A stretch of 57,645 nucleotides of DNA, the filler included, from Squatina squatina (taxonomy: Eukaryota), in NCBI GenBank assembly GCA_031763465.1. It is 3 parts of 3 records of this genome, joined end to end, with 100 filler letters (N's around TTAATTAATTAA, not from the genome) between each part and the next. Parts side by side here need not be neighbours in the genome. Positions count along the whole stretch, not along the records: positions 42,285 to 57,645 come from JARFOE010000176.1; 2 more parts are not named here. One strand, written 5' to 3'. A program made the translations under genes and the position numbers. Of this stretch, positions 48,349-57,645 are shown in pieces. Every line of letters starts with the position of its first letter. The stretch's first letter is position 1. The notes beneath the pieces were generated by a model. It was not told the origin of the DNA. It saw only the letters and a list, made by a program, of their open reading frames with translations, and made no database searches.

Positions 48349-49305
48349 NNNNNNNNNNNNNNNNNNNNNNNNNNNNNNNNNNNNNNNNNNNNNNNNNNNN
48401 NNNNNNNNNNNNNNNNNNNNNNNNNNNNNNNNNNNNNNNNNNNNNNNNATTGTTTAAAAACTATACAATTACAATTTTACAATCATCTGGCATATAGTGT
48501 TGTAAGTGATCTGAATCACAATGAATTGGTGCATTTTGACCATGGCAGCAAAACATCGAGAACAGTTTAAATGAATGCCGTTGGAGAAGCATTAAGGCTT
48601 GATGTTGTACACCAATTAACCCTTCTTAGTCAATTTTCTCATTTGACATTGGAGGAAATCCTTGGAGGAAATGCTAAACACAAGTGAAACAATGGAACAG
48701 ATGGTGCAAGCCTGCATGATTGACTTTTGTTGGATTTCAAAAAGCTCAACCCAATTCATTAGAAACTCAGCTAATGAATACCACAACAGTATCTTCCTAT
48801 CAGTAAAAACGAACACAGATGGAGATTATTAAGCCTTTGGAGTACTGAATGTCCCTCATAAATTTACTACGGGTAGGTTATGACCATACGACCACCATCA
48901 CAACATTTCAATGCATGCAAAACAAATGTTGCTTTGGATCTATTTTACAGAATGAGTATTAAAATTACTATTTTGCAAGAGATCATTCTGCATTCATTAT
49001 TTGTTTTTAACAGATGAGTTATTTTTTCCAGAGCAAAAAGGTTAATCGTAATTTTCAAAGTTGAATCTCCTTCCCTGTTCCTCAGTGGGTCAGCGACAAA
49101 TGTACTGCTTGGTAGTGTTATGCGTCCAACAGACCCAGAATGTCCTAAATTCATCCCTGTGTAGCACTAGCCAGTCAAGTCTAGTCAGTCAGGATAGCAG
49201 TGAGGNNNNNNNNNNNNNNNNNNNNNNNNNNNNNNNNNNNNNNNNNNNNNNNNNNNNNNNNNNNNNNNNNNNNNNNNNNNNNNNNNNNNNNNNNNNNNNN
49301 NNNNN

Positions 49306-49368
49306 CCGTCCTGGTGGGGAATGGAGGTGTAGAGTGATTGAACGTCCATGGTGAAGAGGAGACGGTTG
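49306..49368 (-). mobile_element. Penelope-like element RT fragment
   Basis: RLLFTMDVQSLYTSIPHQD is the Penelope RT motif (DVxSLYTxIP). Confidence 0.75.
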
Positions 49369-51326
49369 ATGTTGGTTGAGGAATAAATATTGGCCATGAC
49401 ACCAGGCAAACTCCCCTTGCTCTTCTTTGAATAGTGCCATGGGATCTTTTACGTCCACCGTTGCAAACTGTAGCTTCGAAATTGGTGGCTTACCATTAAA
49501 TCATACTTGTGTAAAATAGCTACATCTTTCTGTATGTTTTGCAAATGCATAGTATTATGAAGCAAAATTAAACCGAGGCTACTGCAGTTCTTGAATAGGT
49601 TAATAAAAACTCTATAATGTTACTGCAGAACAGACATACATGCTGCACAAAATAGCACCAGTCAAGACTGCAGAACTATTTAATTGCAGTGTCAATCAAT
49701 CAGTTTTAAACTGCAAACTGACATTTTTAACGGAACAAGTAAATTACACACAATATTTAAGAATGCAGCACCATCTCCTGCGTCATCTGTTCCTTTCACA
49801 CTGAGGAATTTTCTATCATATATCTCAAGAAAATAAAAATAATCACAAATAGCCTGTTGAAAAAATGTTAAAATCACTGTGCATGCCAATTCTGAATTTG
49901 AGCAAAACCAATCTAAATGTACCTACATCCTCATAACAGACTTAAAAGTATTTAAATATTTAGTGTATTTTAAATTTAGTTTTGATCAGCACAACTAGCT
50001 GGTACATACATGAGCTTCGGATTCCAGCCTGCTGGATGTAACTTTAATAATTAATGCAAACTTAAATACAAAACACAACAGAACCGATTAATCAAAATCT
50101 TTCAAGAGCTTGACAGACAGAAATGTTCTATCAGGCTGCGTAAAATTAGCATTCAATAAGTGCAGCCAACAAGAACTAAAATATACACGATGGGAGAAAA
50201 AGAATCCCATGGCAATAATGATCTTTAATTACTTTATGTAACATTATTGTAATGAAAGCTTCCAGGGGCTCACTTCGAGTACAGCACTACTTACTATATG
50301 GGTCACTCCCAAAAGTTATGAAAGGAGCAGACCACAACTGTAAATGTGTCATATTTATATTATGCAATTTGTCTAAATTACAGACTCATGAATCTTTACT
50401 GAAGAAGTGTGGTGGTGTTCTCAAAAGCTACACTCTTAATGAAATAAGCTGCTTTTACATAGATCTTGGTTCAATTTGGATCCTGGGAGCCCAGGTATGC
50501 AAACCAGCTCCTGCAATATATGCTGTTCAAATTTGCTTCTATAGTCTGGTGCTGACATGTTGACCCACTTATCAGGTCTGCAAGTCTGCCACCAGTCTAC
50601 CCAAAAAGATTTTAATAACAAACTCAGAGCCAGTTCACAGACTCTGGAATCTAACTCAAAGGAAGGTCAATATAATCACTTTGGTGCTGATGAATCTGTG
50701 CTCACAATTTCTCACGTGACGAGTCTTCCTACCTCAGCTACAGCATACAAAGAAAAGGGTGAAGAAAGCTCCTTTAACAGGTTTTGTTATTTGCAGAGTC
50801 AAATAAATTGCAGGCACATAATTTAAATGCAAGAGTGAGGCACCTTTATCAAATCTTTACCACAGGAGTGGGGGAAAAAACATGCTCAGTCTGTACAGAT
50901 ACCTGGTGGTATATGCAATATACAAACAATCATATACAAACGGCATAATCCTCAAATACGTCAGGTTCTACATATACGTTGACAACATGCAGCTCTACCT
51001 CACCAGCTCTCGCAAATTCCCTGTCTACACCTCTCTACCTCCTTTAAGATACTCCTTATAACCTACCTGTTTGACCAAGCTTTTGGCCATCTGTCCCAAT
51101 ATCTCCTTATGTGGAGCCTTGGGACATTTTACTATGTTAAATGTGCAAAAGAATTCAAGTTGTTGTTGCTGATAATACAATAACAACATTGTGGTGGGAG
51201 AAGAGAATCCATATTAAACACCATACNNNNNNNNNNNNNNNNNNNNNNNNNNNNNNNNNNNNNNNNNNNNNNNNNNNNNNNNNNNNNNNNNNNNNNNNNN
51301 NNNNNNNNNNNNNNNNNNNNNNNNNN

Positions 51327-52118
51327 AAGAGCCTTTGAAGACTCGATATTCAGCATCAATTTTCCTTTTCTTGCTTGTAATCATGGGAGCCACCATCTTT
51401 GCAAAATTCTATGCCCCGGCCTGTTGGCGACTTATTTTATGCGCTTAAGAAACCACGTGTTTGACTTGGATTTTACTCAGTTTTTACTCAGTTTTAGGAT
51501 TATTAATTTAATTGTAAATGATATATAGTACTATAATACTATGGTGACCAGATTTGCGCGACAAAACTAACCTTCTGCTTGAGCTGATGCCCGCACCATT
51601 ATGCTAAAGTTGCTGCCAAGGCCGGTGTCGGTTCCGAGTCGGAAGTTCTGCTGGGGACAGGGAAGTAAAGTTCCTCAACATTCGAACGCGATTGGGGCCA
51701 GCCAGGAAATCTGCACTGGAAACTCAATCCCTACTCAGCCCCATGTGACCCTCCCCCTCTGGCAGTCCGTATCGCACATGCTCAGGACACACTACCTGGG
51801 ACCTGTCAATCATCTACCCCTGCGCCTGCGCGCTGGGTCCCTGAGCTGTGGGCTGCCGTGCGGGGCTTTCTTTTTTATGAAGTTGGTGTTGGTTCAGAGC
51901 TGCAGTGAAGGGAAGGGAAGTGAGTTTTCCCCCGAGCTCCAATCGAGAACAGAGGGAGGAGAGAATAAAAGGAAATCAAAACACGAGAGTCTGCTGATCC
52001 AGGACATGAGCGGAGTTTCTTCAGTTTGGTGGAGTGCACTCGAGGGACCCGTGGCGGGCTGGATAGGAGCCTTTGGCGGGCCGTACTCTGGCCCGCGGGC
52101 TACCTGTTGGACAACCTT
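51327..52118 (-). mobile_element. hAT (Charlie/SPIN, GTF2IRD2-like) transposon 5' end with transposase start
   Basis: Terminal sequence near 52118 as in copy 1; MITSKKRKIDAEYRVFK from 51384 matches the KRKxDxExRxF N-terminus of this transposase group; cut by a gap. Confidence 0.8.
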
Positions 52119-52466
52119 AGGATAGACCCCAGGCAGGGTGGAACTTCCTTCAAGATTCCGATCCAAAGGACACGAACTCTACCCAGGACAGCCGGATGAC
52201 ATCATTCTGGTTCTGTACTATAAACTAGTGCTAAGGCCTTTGTGTAATACCGAATGAAATACAATTGTACCATTTTGGAGTCACGTTGGACAATTGGGAA
52301 AGATTGCAAAAACCCTAATAATAAATTGCAGGTCCTAAATAAGACTGAAACTAGAGTGGTTTTGTTTTGTTAACTGTAAGAAAAAAATCTGAAATGCACA
52401 CAAATTGTGTAACCTCATCACTGAAGTTATTTTTCAATGCCACTGTCAAAAATAATTTGGACTTAC

Positions 52467-52597
52467 CATGCCAGCAGTGAGGGAAGGAGCCGACTGCCCC
52501 AAAGCCTGATTCCTCATACGCACCAAGTTGGAGGATTCTCCAGACACCTGACATGACAACGGTCCACTGCCACTGGAAAGTGGTAGCAAGTGTTTAC
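52467..52597 (-). CDS. MAST2: MAST2 kinase N-terminal exon
   Basis: actag|GT...ATG|gtaagt, 131 nt; GKHLLPLSS...SGESSNLVRMRNQALGQSAPSLTAGM matches MAST2 GKQLLPLSS...SNLVRMRNQSLGQSAPSLTAG; head-to-head with IPP. Confidence 0.9.
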
Positions 52598-53152
52598 CTA
52601 GTTCAGAAAATATGAAACTTAATGTAGGAGAACAACAANNNNNNNNNNNNNNNNNNNNNNNNNNNNNNNNNNNNNNNNNNNNNNNNNNNNNNNNNNNNNN
52701 NNNNNNNNNNNNNNNNNNNNNNNNNNNNNNNNNNNNNNCATACTTTTGACCACTTTTATTGGGACTTAATAGTGTGCTTGTAGTTTGAGACGACAGCATT
52801 CCACATTATTCAGTGCAATGCCCATTTTTGAATGCGTTATATTCAGGTAGAGTCTTAAGGCTCAAGAATAAGGCGATAAAATGGTTAATAAAAGTCAAAG
52901 TATTGATTTTACCTTTGTAGGGAATCCCATCTGCAGAATGTAAAATTATTTACAACATAGAAGCTGCAATTGAATGTTGTCAGTTTCAGTAAATGGTTGA
53001 GTAAAAGCCATGCCTGCTCACAATGTATTCACTGTGGTTAGAAAATTAATATCTGCAAGTAAGCGACAAAATCTAAAACCCATTTTATAAATGAGATTCT
53101 GTAAAATTAACAAGTTGTTCATAACCTCCACTTCCATGGATGATAAACTCAC

Positions 53153-53293
53153 CCTTTCTTTCTGTGATTCGCTCCTTTGCCCCTGGTCCAGCCCAGGTTT
53201 AACTTTATTTCGCTCAGTTTGTTCATCCCGCACAAGCTGTTTAGAGGCTTTCTTTTTGCTCTTCAAGCTGTTGTGCGCTCCCGATTTCTTCAT
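53153..53293 (-). CDS. MAST2: Probable MAST2 first coding exon
   Basis: ATG at the CpG-island edge, 47 codons MKKSGAHNS...ESQKER, strong phase-0 donor AGG|gtgagt. Call is positional; sequence conservation is low. Confidence 0.6.
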
Positions 53294-53389
53294 TGCTCAG
53301 CTGATGCCCAAATCCACACACGTGCAGCAATAACACAGCCAAACAAAAACTTGTCAGATCTCCCCCAAAGAGAGTGGTGAGTCTATGCT

Positions 53390-54340
53390 CCAGGCCGCAG
53401 CTGACGGGGAAACAACATCCTTGACAGGATGGTCCACGTTTAACTTCTTTTAAGAAGGAAGAAAGGGAAAAAGTTTGGGAACAAGCGGGTCGAGAGGACG
53501 TCCGTCTTCACCGGGTAACGAGGCGCAGACACCCGGGCATCTTCCCCCCGAGTCCAGGGCCGGGGGCCGCTCTCAGTCCGAGACAAAGCTAGAACTTAGA
53601 AAGAAGCCGCCACTCACTCACTCACTCACTCACACACGCTCGCTCAGAGACTCCCTGCTGCGGTTAAAGATCGGCTATGCCCAAGGCCGGCTCCTGCTCC
53701 TACTCAGGCTTCACTCTCCGGTCTCGGGCTTCACTTTCTGCTCCTGGCCGCTCGGCTGGGCGGGTTTTAATTGCCGACGCCGCTCCAGGTGAGAAGCCGC
53801 CACTCGCCGCTCTCGCGAACGCTGCCGGCACCAACCGTTCCCCTCTCGGCATCGCCGCACTCACCGTCCCCTCGGAAACACGCCGCGTCCCGCGTCACCC
53901 GCGCTGCGCCGGGCATGTCGGCGGGGCTGGTGCTGCTGGTGATGAGACTTTTATTTATATTTTTTATGGTTTTACTCGCCTTTAAACAGAACTCACTTCC
54001 GGTTGTCAGCGCGTTTGACCTTTCAGCCGGAAGTACCCGCTGAGGGCGGGAGGGCGCGCACCTGGTCGGGGGAGCTCTCGGCGTTCTGTCAAATCAGGTG
54101 TCGGAGGAAGGAAGCGTGTGTGGGCACGCGCGACTCTGCAGCAGTCCAAGTTGTTGCAGATTCATTTATCATCAGGTAAAACTTGAATTTGGCACCGGCT
54201 GTACCCGTGGCACGTTCACTGCAGCAAAAACATGCCTCAGCTGTCATCACCTGGCTTTCGCACCACCCTGCCTCTCTATCGCAGCGACCCTCAGCTCGTC
54301 GTGGGTCATTCGTCTTCTTGCTGGTTCCAGCAGGTAAATT
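53390..54340. promoter_or_regulatory. CpG island / bidirectional promoter for MAST2 (-) and IPP (+)
   Basis: CpG-dense; inverted ETS sites ACTTCCGG 53995-54002 and CCGGAAGT 54027-54034; GC box at 54044-54049. Confidence 0.8.
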
Positions 54341-55090
54341 TTACCTGTATCCCATAACCTGTCGCAACCAAGCGATGCAGTGTTAATTTGGACTCGAGGG
54401 ATTATGGGGATCGGGCAGGAAAGTGGAGTTGAGGTCGAAGATCAGCCATGTGGGCAGGTTCGAAGGGCCGTGCGGCCTATTCATAATTCTTACTTTCTTA
54501 ATGAGAGCTTTCCAACACATCTATTTTCCAAAAGGTAAGGAGTAGCAAATAGCTACTCAACCGTGCCAGAGGAGCTTTCCTGGGACTCGAAGTATAGTTA
54601 TCTGCTGATATGTNNNNNNNNNNNNNNNNNNNNNNNNNNNNNNNNNNNNNNNNNNNNNNNNNNNNNNNNNNNNNNNNNNNNNNNNNNNNNNNNNNNNNNN
54701 NNNNNNNNNNNNNAGCAGGAAAGTGGACTTGAGGAATGTTGGATCAGCCATGATCCTATTGAATGGCGGAGCAGGATCGAGGGTCCGAATGGCCTCCTCC
54801 TGTTCCTATTTCTTATGATAGGCCAGCGAATGAATTCTGATAAATCCAGAATATGCTGATGACTGTGCATTCAGTGTCAATTGAGTTATTGAAACAGTCT
54901 ACTTTTACTGTAGAGCAGCTGGTTCTGCAGCCTTTAGTTTGAAGCCCCATCAGAGCGAAGCTAAAATTAATATTTTTATTTTGGAGTACATGGGCAAGTT
55001 CAGTAATGACGTCATTTAACCTCACAACTGAGCAAGTGGTCCTGTCGTATGGGCTTTAAAATTAACTTTCTTCTGCTTCATGTCAAACAG

Positions 55091-55377
55091 GTACCATCAA
55101 TGTCAGCATAAAAAATGTACAAGAGGTGATCCTTGCAGCAGATATGTTGCAGTTAACAGAGATTGTGAACATGTGCAGTGATTTTTTGAAAGGGCAAATT
55201 GACCCCTCAAACTGTGTAGGAATTTATCAATTTGCTGAGCAAATCGCATGCCATGATCTTATAGAATTCAGTGAAAGCTACATTTATGTCCACTTCCTGG
55301 AGGTCTGTAAAACTGAGGAGTTTATGGGATTAGCCAAAGATCAACTGGTTAAGATTTTAAAAAGTGAAGAACTCTCA
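55091..55377 (+). CDS. IPP: IPP (KLHL27) BTB/BACK exon; homology ends abruptly
   Basis: aacag|GT; NVQEVILAADMLQLTEIVNMCSDFLKGQIDPSNCVGIYQFAEQIACHDLIEFSESYIYVHFLEV...LVKILKSEELS. Confidence 0.92.
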
Positions 55378-55938
55378 GACCCGCTTCATTCTGTGTATTT
55401 TCAAGTGACGTGGTCTCAGTCCAGGATCATTCTCTATGTTTAAACGTGAGGTGTTCTCAGTCCCAGACAACAATGCATTCTAAATAAGGTTGTTCTCTTT
55501 GACCCAAATTAAGATGGTCGTTAAGAAGTTATGGACTCTCAGTCCCATATCATTCCATGTCATTTTAAGTGAGGTCCTCTCAGTGCAGGATCATCCTGTG
55601 TTGTTAAAATTAATAGTGCTCTCAGTCCTGGATTATTTGTGTTTTAAAAAGCGATCTGCTGTTGGTCTCGTGTCATTCTTTCTGTTTAAAAGTTACATGC
55701 TCACAGACCCAGATCATTCTTTCTGTTTAGAAGTGACGTGCAGTCAAGCGGACTATTCTGTGTTTTTATAAGTGCTGTGCTCTCAGTCCCGGATCATTTA
55801 ATGCGATGAAAATTGATATTCTCTCAGTCCCAGATCATTCTTTGTGTTTTCAAGTGATCTTCTCTCAGTCCCAGATCATTCTGTGTGTTTAAAAGTGACG
55901 TGCTTTAACAGCAGGTCATTCTGTGTTTTAAAATGTGA
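55372..55938. repeat. ~41-bp satellite fused to the IPP exon
   Basis: Unit ~ctctcagtcccagatcattctgtgtgtttaaaagtgacgtg; copies start at 55780, 55821 and 55862, among others. Confidence 0.88.
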
Positions 55939-56853
55939 NNNNNNNNNNNNNNNNNNNNNNNNNNNNNNNNNNNNNNNNNNNNNNNNNNNNNNNNNNNNNN
56001 NNNNNNNNNNNNNNNNNNNNNNNNNNNNNNNNNNNNNNNNNNNNNNNNNNNNNNNNNNNNNNNNNNNNNNNNNNNNNNNNNNNNNNNNNNNNNNNNNNNN
56101 NNNNNNNNNNNNNNNNNNNNNNNNNNNNNNNNNNNNNNNNNNNNNNNNNNNNNNNNNNNNNNNNNNNNNNNNNNNNNNNNNNNNNNNNNNNNNNNNNNNN
56201 NNNNNNNNNNNNNNNNNNNNNNNNNNNNNNNNNNNNNNNNNNNNNNNNNNNNNNNNNNNNNNNNNNNNNNNNNNNNNNNNNNNNNNNNNNNNNNNNNNNN
56301 NNNNNNNNNNNNNNNNNNNNNNNNNNNNNNNNNNNNNNNNNNNNNNNNNNNNNNNNNNNNNNNNNNNNNNNNNNNNNNNNNNNNNNNNNNNNNNNNNNNN
56401 NNNNNNNNNNNNNNNNNNNNNNNNNNNNNNNNNNNNNNNNNNNNNNNNNNNNNNNNNNNNNNNNNNNNNNNNNNNNNNNNNNNNNNNNNNNAGTAGTGAA
56501 AACTTCTAAGCAGAGAATCAAAAACCTCCAGTATATCCATTTCACATTAAGATCTACATTATCCAGCCCTATTCGTTGAATTCTTCAGCTGGCTGTTTTT
56601 AAGATGGTTTAATCCATTCAAGCACAGACACAATGGGTTGAATGGTCTCCTTCTGTGCCGTAAATTTCTATGATTTTAATTTGCAATGAGCCCTGTCCGC
56701 CTAATCCAATTTATTTCTCAACACATGTTTAGCTTGTATTGTTGATGGCTTTGGTGCTTTATATTTAATTGTACTGCTAGGACATATTTCTGTGTGATAT
56801 AGTACATCTATTTTTTTGGGGTAAATACAACTGAATCTGATTCCAACCTCCAG

Positions 56854-57009
56854 GTATCCCTGATTTTAGTCTACGAGTTGCCCTGCAGAAGTTGCTGGAG
56901 GAATACAGGGAAGTCAGTAAACCTCAAAAAGAGAACAAGTTCTGCAAACTGCCACCTGCATCAAAGATTCGTCCCCGAAGGAAGGCCAGAAAGTACCTCT
57001 ATGCCATAG
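56854..57009 (+). CDS. IPP: IPP exon leading into the Kelch repeats; not in the ORF track
   Basis: tccag|GT...ATAG|gttaca, 156 nt; GIPDFSLRVALQKLLEEYREVSKPQKENKFC...KIRPRRKARKYLYAI. Confidence 0.92.
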   Translation, partial: VSLILVYELPCRSCWRNTGKSVNLKKRTSSANCHLHQRFVPEGRPESTSMP

Positions 57010-57645
57010 GTTACATCCTCTTTTATTGTAGCTTTTGTAATTCATTTAAATATATTTAAACAACCAATGAGAGTAGAATAACATTGATGGTTATCGGAGA
57101 TCAGGTCAGCCTCTTGGTCAAGAATTGGTACAAGTTATTAGGTACTATTTTAGTGTAACTGAAAAATAGGACAGATGAGAAAGATCAAATGCAGTGACCT
57201 GAAGTCACAGCAGCTGAAAGCTAATCCAGTAGAGCTGTATATAGTAACTCTGTAGTGTAACATCTTTTGTACATTGTTCCTTTTGCATTCATATTTTCTT
57301 CTTTCCTGGATATCTTTAGGGTGTTTATACTGCATGTCTGCTGCAATGTTTGATTTCCAACATTTGGAGACACTGTTTCCAACAGCAGTTACTTTCTGGA
57401 AATATTTAGATGACCCTAAAAGGGGGAGACCACAGTGCTTGAAAATCTCATTTGCAATTTTTTTCCCCTGCTTTCCCAAAGATGCTAACTCGTATCTTAT
57501 CTTGCCCAAGTGGCCATTCTTCATGTATGAATCTCAACCATGTTGGCAGAATATTTGATCATGTATTTGTTTCATGGAAGTCCAACCTGCTCTTCACTTG
57601 ACATCCATATCCGCATTGGAATACAATCACACAGCAATCCTCGCT

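Noticed and set aside
48945-49154. 69-aa minus ORF as a MAST2 exon
   Set aside because: No recognisable MAST similarity and no convincing splice donor.

Overview
Eukaryotic, intron-containing vertebrate DNA. The repeat landscape (CR1/HER1-type LINE tails, tRNA-derived SINEs, Harbinger, hAT and Penelope relics, dense minisatellites) points to a cartilaginous fish; this is an inference from recalled repeat families. The window is not one contiguous locus. It is a mosaic of short contigs separated mostly by fixed 100-N gaps, and two artificial N44-TTAATTAATTAA-N44 linkers (13266-13365, 42185-42284) split it into three blocks. Block 1 (1-13265): AQP9 and LIPC exons. Block 2 (13366-42184): an MHC-type region with RING1, SLC39A7, BBS10, COL11A2, a divergent netrin-G first coding exon, two B30.2/PRY-SPRY exons, FLOT1, a solitary divergent histone H2B and a very-large-inducible-GTPase fragment. 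Block 3 (42285-57645): head-to-head MAST2 and IPP with a shared CpG-island promoter. H2B is the only complete CDS; all other genes are partial. No prokaryotic system, CRISPR array or RNA gene is supported. The best novelty candidates are a possible third netrin-G ohnolog on the MHC paralogon, a Cys-containing H2B variant, BBS10 inside the extended class II block, and a RING1 linker combining RING1-like and RNF2-like motifs. Gene calls rest on recalled protein similarity plus splice-site and phase checks, not on database searches. All linkage claims depend on scaffold joins that cannot be verified from this window.
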